Below are positions 20,041-30,030 of a stretch of 64,000 nt of DNA, one piece after another. The DNA comes from Candidatus Bathyarchaeota archaeon (GTDB taxonomy: Archaea > Thermoproteota > Bathyarchaeia > TCS64), in NCBI GenBank assembly GCA_963769425.1, contig CAVYLP010000001.1:32001-96000 (forward strand), read 5' to 3'. Every line of letters starts with the position of its first letter. Position 1 is the stretch's first letter. Position numbers and translations under genes: made by a program. The notes beneath the pieces were generated by a model, which worked only from the letters and a program-made list of their open reading frames with translations, did not search any database and had not been told where the DNA came from.

Positions 20041-20562
20041 TTGATTACCTCCTCGCCCTTCTCGCCGAACATCTTCACAGCTAGGTCCTTCGCCGTGTCG
20101 TAGGGGTTCCTGCTGTAGATCTTCCTGCTGTACGTTCGGGGGCTCATTGACAATGGTAAGGCAGTTGTAGCCCGCCTCTGTGCAGACCTCGACGCACTTG
20201 GGTTCCCCGTTGCAGAGGTCGCAGATGACCGCCTTGTTATCCCCCGGGTGGAGGTAGGGCACGGTCCCCGGGCACACCCTGATGCATGCCCCGCAGCTGA
20301 TGCATTTCGCGCGGTCGACGATGACAGCAGCCGTGTTGGGGTCCTTCGATAGAGCCTGTACCGGGCAGGAGGCTATGCAGGGGTAGTCCATGCACTGTGC
20401 GCAGAGGTGTGGCACCTCGACGCCGGGGAACGGCATGAAGACACGCACCCTTGAGGCGTCGGGCCACATCCACCCCTCGTGCTCGATGCTGCAGGCAAGC
20501 TCGCAACGCCTGCAGCCCGAGCAGTGCGAGGGGTCACGGGCGATCCATATCGGTTTCGGCAT
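20037..20562 (-). CDS. 4Fe-4S dicluster ferredoxin subunit (extra base near 20131 creates a false fusion to AOR)
   Basis: CSGCRRC, CAQCMDYPC, CISCGAC, CDLC; the shifted frame gives SRKIYSRNPYDTAKDLAVKMFGEKGEEVIK* ending in an ATGA overlap with aor. Confidence 0.82.
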
Positions 20563-20622
20563 ATGCTTTCACCGGAATTACATCTACCGCGTAACCGTCC
20601 CGAATAAGATTGTTGGTCGTGG

Positions 20623-21594
20623 TTACATGTTCCGGGCGGTGAAGAAGGCGACTAGGTCGAGGCACTTCTGTAGCTTCTTCTCCTTTGCGTAGTAGGTTAG
20701 AGCGGCTAAGGAGGCGCATGAGGCGGGGAGCACCGAGAGTCCCTCCTCGCGTTCTACTATCTCTGAGTATCTCAGCAGCTCACTGTCGGTGACTTGGGTG
20801 GCCCAGCCCCCGCTCTCCCAGAGGGCGTCGAGGGCTTCCTGCCCGTCTAGGCTAATCCAGCTAACGAGGGGTTCGTTATAGCTGGTTTCCGTGATCTCTT
20901 CAAGTCGAAGGTCTTCGATCTTCCTTTTCCCGGTAAGGAAGTTTGAGACTATTGGGTTCCCACCGCTCGTGCTTGCGGCTATGATTACTGTGTTTTTATC
21001 CGTCTTGCCGGCTTTCCTGAGGCTCTGGAATCCGTGGTTAATGCCAGCAAGGGTTGTACCGTTGCCCGTTGGGACGGCTAAGACGTCGGGAGCACGTCCC
21101 ATCCTCTCCACTATTTCGTATGCGATTGTGGCGTACGCCTCGATGGAGACGGCCCTGTTCTCGGGGGTGCCCGGGTTGGCGTTGTACCATCCCCGCCTAT
21201 TCGCCTCGGCGCCCGAGAACTCCACGACCTCCTCATAGGTGCCCGGGGCCCTGTGGATCACACCGCCCTTCCTCTCCATCTCAGCGATCCGTGGGGTGTG
21301 GTACTTCTCCGGGATGTAGACGTGCGTGGTGATGCCGAAGATCCGGGAGACGTGGACGAAGCTGGCGCCGAAGTTCCCGCATGAGGCGATGGCCAGCTCC
21401 CCAAAGCCTTTTTCCTTCGCCATTTTAAGGCATGAGTAAGCTGCTCGGTCCTTCATCGTCCCAGTCGGGTTACCGCCTTCAAATTTCAAGTAAATGTTGC
21501 CAAATCCGAGCAACTGTTCGAGATTGCGTGAACGTGTAAATATCGTGTCGCCGATCCCGTGTGCGATTAATTCTTCTTGTAACATTGCCGTCAA
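20623..21594 (-). CDS. PLP-dependent threonine synthase-like enzyme (fold type II)
   Basis: LKFEGGNPTGTMKDR, ASCGNFG, VPTGNGTT. Confidence 0.85.
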   Translation of the reverse strand: MTAMLQEELIAHGIGDTIFTRSRNLEQLLGFGNIYLKFEGGNPTGTMKDRAAYSCLKMAKEKGFGELAIASCGNFGASFVHVSRIFGITTHVYIPEKYHTPRIAEMERKGGVIHRAPGTYEEVVEFSGAEANRRGWYNANPGTPENRAVSIEAYATIAYEIVERMGRAPDVLAVPTGNGTTLAGINHGFQSLRKAGKTDKNTVIIAASTSGGNPIVSNFLTGKRKIEDLRLEEITETSYNEPLVSWISLDGQEALDALWESGGWATQVTDSELLRYSEIVEREEGLSVLPASCASLAALTYYAKEKKLQKCLDLVAFFTARNM

Positions 21595-21673
21595 GATCTG
21601 AATCTAACCTGATAGTAAGCAATAATAAGTAGCATTAATGATTATCGACTCTGGATAAGAAGTCCACGCAGGT

Positions 21674-23041
21674 ATGTGTATAGTGTCTAGCCTCTCTGTG
21701 GAAGCGAGACAGATCGAGACGGGTTATGAAATAAATCTCCGCGGGTCGCGGTATGTCGTAAAATATCCCAACGGCTTCTGGAAGAATTACCCCCAGGAGG
21801 CAAAGGATGTCTTATTCGACAACCTCGTATACGCAGAGACCGTCCATCTCCCCCTGACCCTCCGGAAGAGCGAGTTGAGGTACAACACCTCCGCCCCCTT
21901 CTTCCAGACCCAGTTTTTCCAGAACCTCTTGATGGACCTGCCTAGCTGCGCAGACGTAGACGGGACCAGAACGTCGGAACTCATCAAAGAGTTCATGAAC
22001 CTGAAGATCAAGTTCAACGACTACGACGTAAAGTTCCCAACCTACAAGCAGCCGAGCAGGGACGACAGCAGCGTCGTCGCCCTCAGCTTCGGTAAGGACA
22101 GCCTACTAACCTGGGCCGTCTGCCGCGAGCTCGGCCTCAACCCCCAGGCGGCTTACGTCGTGGAGCCCCTCCTCCTATATGAGGAGAAGCACAAGGACGT
22201 GCTCGCTAAGGAGTTCGAGAGCGAGTTCAAGGTGAAGCTGAACAAGATAATCCACACGACTGGCCACCTACGCGACGGCATACGCCTCGGTGTGGGTAAG
22301 ACTGAGATCGGCTGGGGCCTCCAGAACACTCAGTACGCCATGATGCTGCTTCCCATTGCCAACACGTTCCAGGCGAAGTACATCCTCTTCGGCAACGAGC
22401 AGAGCTGCAGCGAGTACTACTACGACAAGGAGGGCTTCATCTGCTACCCTGCCTTCGACCAGAGCCACAAGTGGACGGTGAACATCGACGTCATTACCCG
22501 CCTCCTGACGAATGGCGGCGTCCGCACGATGAGCGTCATCGAGCCCCTCAACGACATCGCCGTCGTCTACGCCCTTTACAAGAGGTACCCTGAGGTAGCA
22601 AAGTACCACATGAGTTGCTTCGTAGAGACCGAGGCCGGCCGCGACACGAGGTGGTGCATGAGCTGCAGCGTCTGCAGCAAGATGTACCTGCTCATCAAGG
22701 CGTGCGGCTTCGACCCCAAGACGGTCGGGCTCACGAAGAACATGCTCACTGAGGACTGCAAGGACTACTTCAGCCTCTTCGGCGGAAGCGACGTCAACAC
22801 CTACGCCTTAACGGGCAGGGGCCGCGACGAGCAACTCTTCGCATTCTACCTCGCGTGGAAGAATGGCGACAAGAGCCCACTCACTCAGGAGTTCGAGCAG
22901 AGGTTCCTAGACGAAGCGAAGGGCAGGGAGGACGAGCTCTACAAACTCTTCTTCGGCGTCCACGAGGCAATCACGATGCCCGAGAAGATCAAGAACGAGA
23001 CCCTCAGCATATACAAGGAGGTCCTTTCGGACGTCCCCTAG
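21674..23041 (+). CDS. PP-loop ATPase, MurL (UDP-MurNAc-L-Ala-L-Glu epimerase)-like
   Basis: LSFGKDSLL PP-loop, FGNEQSC, SCF...RWCMSCSVC Cys cluster. Confidence 0.6.
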   Translation: MCIVSSLSVEARQIETGYEINLRGSRYVVKYPNGFWKNYPQEAKDVLFDNLVYAETVHLPLTLRKSELRYNTSAPFFQTQFFQNLLMDLPSCADVDGTRTSELIKEFMNLKIKFNDYDVKFPTYKQPSRDDSSVVALSFGKDSLLTWAVCRELGLNPQAAYVVEPLLLYEEKHKDVLAKEFESEFKVKLNKIIHTTGHLRDGIRLGVGKTEIGWGLQNTQYAMMLLPIANTFQAKYILFGNEQSCSEYYYDKEGFICYPAFDQSHKWTVNIDVITRLLTNGGVRTMSVIEPLNDIAVVYALYKRYPEVAKYHMSCFVETEAGRDTRWCMSCSVCSKMYLLIKACGFDPKTVGLTKNMLTEDCKDYFSLFGGSDVNTYALTGRGRDEQLFAFYLAWKNGDKSPLTQEFEQRFLDEAKGREDELYKLFFGVHEAITMPEKIKNETLSIYKEVLSDVP

Positions 23042-23051
23042 CCGCAGGAAG

Positions 23052-24050
23052 TTGAGAATCGCTTTTTGTTGTAACACTCGCCACGACAAGGGCGAGTTCC
23101 AAGTCGAGTACGAACCACAGCACACGATCGAGCTCGTGAAGCACGCCATCGAGGCCGCGGACTGGGAATATCTCCAGATCGAGGCCGACGAGACTTGCTT
23201 CGAAACCCTTCGCAGGGAGAAGCCGGACCTCGTCCTCAACAGAGCCGAGGGCATCCGTGGCGAGAGTAGGGAGAGCCATATCCCCTCCTTCTGTGAGATG
23301 CTTGGCATCCCCTACACGGGCGCGGGCGTCATGGCGACCGCTATCTGCCTCGACAAGCCCACGACGAAGAAGGTGCTAGAGTGGCACGGCATCAAGACCG
23401 CTCCCTTCATGGTACTCTTTGAAGAGGGCGACCCAATCGACCCCAAGCTCAGGTATCCCCTCATACTCAAGCCGAGCCACGAGGGCAGCAGCATCGGCAT
23501 CAACATCGACAACGTCGTCCACGACGAGAAGCAACTACGCAGAAAACTCAAGGAGATGCTTGGAGTTTACAAGCAGGGCATACTCGCGGAGGAGTTCATC
23601 GACGGGCGCGAGTTCAGCGTCGGCATAGTCGGCAACTTCATCGGCGAGGAGAAGCCCCGTATCCTACCCATCTTCGAGATGGACTTCAGCAAGTTCGCCC
23701 CCGAACTCGGCACCGTCCTCGGTCAGAAAGCCAAGACCATCTACGACTCGTCCGCCAACTACATCTGCCCCGCCAAGCTCCCAGCAAAGCTCAAGAGGGA
23801 GATAGAGGAGACGACGCTAAAAGCAGTGAAGGTCCTACAGTGCTATGATTGGGGCCGCCTAGACTACAGATACAACAGCCGTGGTGAGCTCTACTTCCTT
23901 GAGATCAATCCGCTCCCCGGCATAGACGCCGACGCGTCCGTCGACGACTTCAGCTTCTACCCCTTCATGTGGCTGCGGGGCGGCTGGAGCTTCGACGACA
24001 TGATACGCGAGGTCGTCGGCGCAGGTCTTAAGCGGTACGGCATCAAGTAG
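23052..24050 (+). CDS. D-Ala-D-Ala ligase-like ATP-grasp peptide ligase
   Basis: LGIPYTG, LDK, LKPSHEGSSIGI, EEFIDGREF, RLDYR, LEINPLPG. Confidence 0.85.
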   Translation: MRIAFCCNTRHDKGEFQVEYEPQHTIELVKHAIEAADWEYLQIEADETCFETLRREKPDLVLNRAEGIRGESRESHIPSFCEMLGIPYTGAGVMATAICLDKPTTKKVLEWHGIKTAPFMVLFEEGDPIDPKLRYPLILKPSHEGSSIGINIDNVVHDEKQLRRKLKEMLGVYKQGILAEEFIDGREFSVGIVGNFIGEEKPRILPIFEMDFSKFAPELGTVLGQKAKTIYDSSANYICPAKLPAKLKREIEETTLKAVKVLQCYDWGRLDYRYNSRGELYFLEINPLPGIDADASVDDFSFYPFMWLRGGWSFDDMIREVVGAGLKRYGIK

Positions 24051-24057
24051 CTCCCCG

Positions 24058-24651
24058 ATGAGCGAGGAGCCGCCCTTTTTCGAGGAGGCGTCCAAGCGGG
24101 TAGAGGAGAGGCTGGGCACCCTCCTCGGGGAACCCGTCAAGATAAGCGTATACGTCTCCCTCAACAGAAAGCTGATCGACGAGATAATCAAGATAGAGTC
24201 AAACATGTTCCGGGACGAGCTAAGGTACAGCCTCTGGGAGCTGATGACGAGAAGTGAGAAGCCGGGTTTCGTCCTCATCATGGTGAGGCAAGATAGTGAG
24301 CCCCTCGCCTTCTTCTTCGGATACGAGGACCCCGAGCTCCCTGGCGGGTACTACGGGGACACGCTCGCGAGCATCGTCGAGGGGAAGGGGGTTGGGAGCA
24401 GCCTATTCGCCCTCGTCCATATCTACTGCTACGAGAACGGGTACAACCACTTCACCTGCCACACGGAGGAGGTGGATGAGAAGGGGAGGAAGCTCAGGGA
24501 CTGGTACATTGCTATGGGTATGGATTACATCAGCACAACCTCCGAGTACGGCGACCTGATGCGGGTCAGGCTCACCCCCGGCCACGCGAACTGGATGTAC
24601 CACCGTCACATACTTAGTGAGAAGCAATACAATAGGAACCCGGATCAATGA
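24058..24651 (+). CDS. GNAT-like acetyltransferase
   Basis: EGKGVGSSLF motif A; WY..MG. Confidence 0.6.
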   Translation: MSEEPPFFEEASKRVEERLGTLLGEPVKISVYVSLNRKLIDEIIKIESNMFRDELRYSLWELMTRSEKPGFVLIMVRQDSEPLAFFFGYEDPELPGGYYGDTLASIVEGKGVGSSLFALVHIYCYENGYNHFTCHTEEVDEKGRKLRDWYIAMGMDYISTTSEYGDLMRVRLTPGHANWMYHRHILSEKQYNRNPDQ

Positions 24652-24705
24652 GAATCATCGTTCCATGAAATAACACTTTTAACCGAATCAGCCTCCATCT
24701 GCTTC

Positions 24706-25152
24706 ATGCTGTACTTTTCATATGGTTCCTTTCTAGACTCGGAGATGCTGAGGAAGCACTGCCCTAATGCTAAGTACATTGGTAGAGCTACTTTACCAAA
24801 CTGGGAATTACAGTTCAATTTCCTGAGCCGTACATATAATGGCGGCGTGACTGGAGTTGAACCAGCAGTTGCCAAACTCGTTAGGGGAGTTCTATATGAG
24901 GTCTCTAATGAGGAACTACTTCACCTCGATACAATCGAGGGAATTCCTGAAGGGATCTATTATAGGCAGACAATTTATGTCGTAGACGAATTTGGGAAAC
25001 CTGTTAAAACAGCTACTTATAGGACGACCAATCCCAAAGGACCCTTCAAACCTACGAAGAGATACGTCGGACTCATGATTAGTGGGGCTAAGGAGCACCG
25101 TCTCGACTCCGACTATGTCAAGGAACTTGAAGCCATCGAGACCATCGATTAG
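24706..25152 (+). CDS. Gamma-glutamylcyclotransferase family protein
   Basis: YFSYGS, V.GVLYEV, LDTIEG...YYR, P..RY. Confidence 0.85.
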   Translation: MLYFSYGSFLDSEMLRKHCPNAKYIGRATLPNWELQFNFLSRTYNGGVTGVEPAVAKLVRGVLYEVSNEELLHLDTIEGIPEGIYYRQTIYVVDEFGKPVKTATYRTTNPKGPFKPTKRYVGLMISGAKEHRLDSDYVKELEAIETID

Positions 25153-25431
25153 CAGTTCTTGTTATGCTGCTCGCTATCGCATTTTTTCGTCTCACATTTA
25201 AGATATTGTCACTAATCAACGGATAATCCGATAAATATGTGATTAATAGCGGTGACTTCCTATGTAAATATTGTAACCCGTAGAACTATGTTCATATTGG
25301 CGACATACGCAGGAGTCATTAAAAAACATCGTTAAGTCAGTAAAATCTTAGGTTTCGTTGTACTAAATGCAAAGGTCTTCGATAAAGACAAATTATCATT
25401 CAATTCCGATCTACCCATGTTAAATGGGGGC

Positions 25432-27009
25432 TTAAAGGCCCTTGTGGAACAGGATCTTCCCGTTCACGATCGTCATATAGACCTTCGCCTCCCGAATATT
25501 CTCGGGCTTCATCTCGGTCAAATCACGATCGATGACCGCCACGTCGGCGAGCTTTCCCGGTTCGATACTTCCTTTGAGGTCCTCCTCGAAGCTTGCGTAG
25601 GCACCGTTCAGGGTGTAACACCTTATCGCTTCTGTCAACTTGATACGCGCGTCCTTTATGCCGTGGTTGACCGCGCTCCAGACGCCGTAGATCGGGTGGA
25701 ACGGCATGCCGTCGCTGCCGAATGCGATGGTTATCCCCTCATCGATCATTATCCTGTAGGGGTTGTTGAGACGGTTTCTCTCCTTCCCCAGGCGCTGCTC
25801 GTACATGCTCCCCGGGCCCGCCCACTCGCCGACGAAGTTGGGCTGAACAGCTGGTATGATTCCCAGCTCCTTGATGCGCTCTATCTGCCCAGCCGTGAGA
25901 ATCTCACAGTGCTCGATGCGGTGGCGGTGATCCTTCCTAGGAGTATCCTTGATGGCGGCCTGGATGCTGTTGATAACGCATTCAATCGCGTAGTCGCCGA
26001 TGGCGTGGATCGCCAGCTGGTTACCGTGCCTGTGGGCCGCTATCGCCTTCTCATCCAGCACCTCGGGCGGCATGATCAGTAATCCCTTCGAAGAAGGCTC
26101 ATCCGTGTACGGCTCGAAGAGCGCCGCCGTCCTCGCACCTAGACTACCATCCATCAGCAACTTCGTCGGCCCGATCTTGATCATATCGTTGCCGAAGCCG
26201 GTTCGTATCCCCATCTCATAGCTCTGCTTCTGGATGGTCTCGTTAAGGAAGAGGTAGGCACGGACCTTAAGGTACCCTTTGGCGAGCGCCGTCTGGTAGG
26301 CCTTGAGGGCGTCCCCGCCGAGCCCGGCGTCGCCTATGCTCGTGCAGCCGAGGCTCAGCGCGTACTCGGAGGCAATCTTCAGCCCCTCGACGGCGGTCTC
26401 CTCAGTGACCGGCGGGATGAATGGCTCGATCAAGTGGCGGCAGTCTCTCAGGATGCCGGTTGGTTCGCCGTCGGAACCCATGTCTATTTGACCCCCATCA
26501 GGCTGCTTCGTTTTCCTGGTAATACCCGCTATCTTGAGCGCTGGTGTGTTTAGCGTCAGCAGGTGGCCGCAGATGCGTACCACTATGATGGGATGCACCT
26601 TGCTAACGGCGTCGAGGTCCTCCCTCGTGGGGTATCTGTTCTCGGGCCACTTGGATTCGTCCCAGCCCTTACCGATTATCCACTCGCCCTTCTTAGTCGT
26701 CTTTGCCTTCTCCTTCAGCCGCGCCATCGCGGCCTCTAGGGTGGGCGGGTCACGGAGCTGGACATCACGTATCATCGAGATTCCCATCCCGTAGAAGTGG
26801 CAGTGGCTGTCGATGAACCCCGGCACGACCGTCATGCCGGAGACGTCGTAGACCTCGGCCCCCTTAGGGATCTCGATCTTCCCCTTCTTTCCCGCGGCTA
26901 GGATGTAGTCGCCTTGCATCAAAACGATGCTGTCTTTGATTGGCGGACGGCCCGTTCCGTCGATTAGTGTGCCGCCCGTCAGAACTCTTGGACAAGGTTC
27001 CAGGGACAA
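25432..27009 (-). CDS. Amidohydrolase-3 (YtcJ-like) metallohydrolase
   Basis: PGFIDSHCH, DGSLGARTA, HAIGD, RIEH, GSD, GKLAD; TTG start inferred. Confidence 0.88.
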   Translation of the reverse strand: MSLEPCPRVLTGGTLIDGTGRPPIKDSIVLMQGDYILAAGKKGKIEIPKGAEVYDVSGMTVVPGFIDSHCHFYGMGISMIRDVQLRDPPTLEAAMARLKEKAKTTKKGEWIIGKGWDESKWPENRYPTREDLDAVSKVHPIIVVRICGHLLTLNTPALKIAGITRKTKQPDGGQIDMGSDGEPTGILRDCRHLIEPFIPPVTEETAVEGLKIASEYALSLGCTSIGDAGLGGDALKAYQTALAKGYLKVRAYLFLNETIQKQSYEMGIRTGFGNDMIKIGPTKLLMDGSLGARTAALFEPYTDEPSSKGLLIMPPEVLDEKAIAAHRHGNQLAIHAIGDYAIECVINSIQAAIKDTPRKDHRHRIEHCEILTAGQIERIKELGIIPAVQPNFVGEWAGPGSMYEQRLGKERNRLNNPYRIMIDEGITIAFGSDGMPFHPIYGVWSAVNHGIKDARIKLTEAIRCYTLNGAYASFEEDLKGSIEPGKLADVAVIDRDLTEMKPENIREAKVYMTIVNGKILFHKGL

Positions 27010-27115
27010 TACTGTCGTTGGACTCCTTGTGCATAGCGCGCGGGTATTGGAATATAAATCATTGGGGAGGGACCTCATCGGATTATCCCTCGCGGAATAG
27101 TTAGATAATCCTAGC

Positions 27116-27994
27116 TTATCCGGCGCTTAGGTAGCCGCTTAGCATTAAATTAAGCGTCTGCACAATCGCCACTACGACGAAGTCCTTCGCCAGCACTTTG
27201 CCTAACTCAAGCAACCGGTTGATGTCTCGGGAGCCAAGAATCTTCCTACTCAACCATAGGCGCAGAGAGACGAATGCAGTGAGTGTGAAGAGGATAACAT
27301 AGAAAACCATTGGAAGATTAAACATCACCCCGACAAGCAGCATTAGGGGCAGGAGTGCGTAGCCCAGTGCTATGGTTAACATCATCCCCAGACGAGGTCC
27401 GAAGACGATGTGAACGGTCCTCGCCCCGCTCTTGAGGTCGGGTTCATAATCCGCTAGATCCTCCCAGAGGCTGTTCACGGCGGTTGTGGTTCCTATCACC
27501 GTTACAAGCACCAGAACGCTGGGATAGGTGGCGCCAGCGAAAGCGGCGACGATGAGAACTGGGACAGCCCCGACAGTGAAGTTCACTACAGGTTTCCATA
27601 GTGTCTGCCTGAGCCTAAAGGGTGGAACAGAGTAGAGCACACCGAAGAAGATGCCCACCACGACCCAGAAGACCACGTAGATCGACGTCGTCAGCACCCC
27701 CAGCAGTGATGATAGGGCACATAGCCCAAGTGCTACTGGCAAACCCAGCTCACCGAGTCTTCTCGTGAACTCAGCTCTGGACGGGTGGGAAAGGATGTCG
27801 AGCTCCTTGTCGAAGACGTTGTTCAGTGCGTCGACGCCGCTCCACCCGAGGAACACGATAACCCCGAGGTAGGAGGCCTGGTTCCACGCGCCCGAGTCGA
27901 GCATGAGGAAGGCTGCGCCGACGGCGATGGCGAATACCATCACGCCCCTCTCCGCGGATATGAATTTGGCGAACCCCCGCAACCCACGGAGCAT
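27116..27994 (-). CDS. UbiA-family prenyltransferase
   Basis: NNVFDKELD, YSVPPFRL, DLADYEPD. Confidence 0.85.
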   Translation of the reverse strand: MLRGLRGFAKFISAERGVMVFAIAVGAAFLMLDSGAWNQASYLGVIVFLGWSGVDALNNVFDKELDILSHPSRAEFTRRLGELGLPVALGLCALSSLLGVLTTSIYVVFWVVVGIFFGVLYSVPPFRLRQTLWKPVVNFTVGAVPVLIVAAFAGATYPSVLVLVTVIGTTTAVNSLWEDLADYEPDLKSGARTVHIVFGPRLGMMLTIALGYALLPLMLLVGVMFNLPMVFYVILFTLTAFVSLRLWLSRKILGSRDINRLLELGKVLAKDFVVVAIVQTLNLMLSGYLSAG

Positions 27995-28062
27995 ATCAAC
28001 TGACCTTACCCTGCTGATTTAAAAACCATCGCCGGGGAAACGGCCCCAGCGGGAATGGATCT

Positions 28063-29196
28063 TTAGCCGACCGTGACGATCCCAGTCGTGTACTTCTTTA
28101 TCGCGGCCTCGTTGAGCTCGAACCCGAGCCCAGGCCCCTTCGGCGCCTCTATGTAGCCCTTCTCGAGCTTCACGGGCTCCTTGATCACGTCCTCGTTGAA
28201 CCACTCGGGGAAGCCTGAGAGCTCGCACTTCTGGGTTATCGCCTTCCCGCACCCGGCTATGATATGGGACGCGGCGGAGAGGCTCACACCCATCTCGAGG
28301 TCATCGTGCATGAGGGTCGGGATGTTCATCACCCTCGCCATGTCGAGTATCCTCTTCACGTTCGTTATCCCGCCGGCGGGGCGGTAGGTCTTCAGTCCGA
28401 GCACGCCAATTGCTCCCATGTCGATGAGAGTCTTAACGTCCGCCATCGAGAAGAGTGACTCGTGGGGCATGATGGGGGTGTCTACGGAGCCAGCGACCTT
28501 CGCCAGGGTGGCGAAGTCCCACCAGACGGTGGGCTGCTCCACTAGCTCCACGTCGTACTGCTCGATCTCCCTGATCATCTTGATCACGTCGGAGGCCCCG
28601 TAGCCCTGGTTGCAGTCAACGCGGAGGATAACGTCCTCACCGATGGCTTCCCTCATCGCCTTGACACATGATACGTCCCGCTTCGGCCCTATCTTGAGGC
28701 GGATGCCCGTGTACCCCTCCTTGACGAGGCGCTTACCCTCGGCGGCCACCTTCGCAGGGGTGTCGATCCCTATGAGGGCGACGTTCGGTATCTTCGATGG
28801 GTTCGAGCCTCCCCCTAGGAGCTTGTAGACTGGGACGTTGAGGCTCCTGCCCATTATATCCCATAGGGCCATATCCACCGCGGCCTTCGCCATGGGGTAG
28901 GTTGGGGCCCAGTAGTCCATCTTCTCCCAGACCCCGTCGAGGTCGAAGGGGTCCATGCCCATTATGTTCGGCGCAATCCAGCGCCTGATCATCTCCGTGA
29001 CCACTGCCTGGTTCTCCGGCGAGAGCGGGGGGAGCGGGGGACACTCTCCCACCCCGGAGATACCCTCGTCCGTGTGGACGCGGGCAAGGATGAACTCGAA
29101 GGGCATCCCCTCCCCCAGCTTCCCGTATCGAGAGAGGGCGAGGACCTTCTTCTTCTGCAGATTAATAGGTATGATCTCAACCTTCGTTATCTTCAA
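28063..29196 (-). CDS. Mandelate racemase/muconate-lactonizing family enzyme (dipeptide or N-acyl amino acid epimerase-like)
   Basis: TDEG.SG.GE, AAVDMALWD..G, RLK, RVD.N, EQP, PGLG. Confidence 0.85.
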   Translation of the reverse strand: MKITKVEIIPINLQKKKVLALSRYGKLGEGMPFEFILARVHTDEGISGVGECPPLPPLSPENQAVVTEMIRRWIAPNIMGMDPFDLDGVWEKMDYWAPTYPMAKAAVDMALWDIMGRSLNVPVYKLLGGGSNPSKIPNVALIGIDTPAKVAAEGKRLVKEGYTGIRLKIGPKRDVSCVKAMREAIGEDVILRVDCNQGYGASDVIKMIREIEQYDVELVEQPTVWWDFATLAKVAGSVDTPIMPHESLFSMADVKTLIDMGAIGVLGLKTYRPAGGITNVKRILDMARVMNIPTLMHDDLEMGVSLSAASHIIAGCGKAITQKCELSGFPEWFNEDVIKEPVKLEKGYIEAPKGPGLGFELNEAAIKKYTTGIVTVG

Positions 29197-29245
29197 GCAG
29201 GAACACGACCGTATCCAATGCGGCTCCACTTGTTGATGAGGTTTT

Positions 29246-29950
29246 TCAGTGGGTCAGGCTTAGGAAGTTCTCAATGAGCAGGTCGGCCAGTCGCCTCATT
29301 TCGGGCTCCCGCTCCCTGCACTCGTTGAGGACCTGCTCGCGGGTCTTCCCGACAGCCACAAGCTCCTCAGGATAGGCGGAGGCCCACCTCTCCGCTTCAA
29401 TGTGGTTTATCTCAAGGTGGAAGATGATACCCCGCACGTTCCTCCAAGCGTAGGCCTGGATAGGGCATGGGTCACCTCGTGCCAGAAGCCTACCCCCCAG
29501 CGGGACCTTGAACATGTCGCTGTGCCAGTGGAATACGGGCACCTCGCGGGGGAAGCCATTGAAGAGTGGGTCGGCGATACCATCGTCTGTCAGGGTGACT
29601 GTGTAACCTCCGACCTCCTTCCTCGGGCTCCTCACGACCTCGGCGCCGAGCAGTCGCGCGAGTATCTGCCCACCGCAACACACTCCAAGCACAGGTTTAC
29701 CACTCCCCATAACCCTTGAGAGGTACTCCCACTCCTTTGTCAGGAACCTGTGTTTGTTGACGTCGTTGGCTGAGATAGGTGTGGGGCCCACGACGAATGC
29801 CGAATATTTCTCGGTCCCCGGGAACGCCTCCGCAGCCATTGAGTAGGCATGGACTAAATCCACGTCGGCTCGTTCCCTTAGGAACTCCTCGTAGAGGCCG
29901 AGGTTCTCCGTGGCGTCGTTCTGTATAATGAGCACCCTGCTCGGCTCCAT
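29246..29950 (-). CDS. Class I glutamine amidotransferase-like protein
   Basis: PVLGVCCGGQ nucleophile elbow, WHSD, FHLE. Confidence 0.85.
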   Translation of the reverse strand: MEPSRVLIIQNDATENLGLYEEFLRERADVDLVHAYSMAAEAFPGTEKYSAFVVGPTPISANDVNKHRFLTKEWEYLSRVMGSGKPVLGVCCGGQILARLLGAEVVRSPRKEVGGYTVTLTDDGIADPLFNGFPREVPVFHWHSDMFKVPLGGRLLARGDPCPIQAYAWRNVRGIIFHLEINHIEAERWASAYPEELVAVGKTREQVLNECREREPEMRRLADLLIENFLSLTH

Positions 29951-30030
29951 GTTGGTTAATCGTCGCCTCGGTTTAAAATGGGTTCGAGGGAAGGCAACCG
30001 ATATTGGGAGGAGAGGTAGGAGTCTCAGCC

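Noticed and set aside
18154-20562. 802-aa ferredoxin-AOR fusion in the ORF track
   Set aside because: Removing one base near 20131 restores a natural ferredoxin C-terminus with an ATGA overlap, and a Shine-Dalgarno precedes the aor ATG; likely an artefact.
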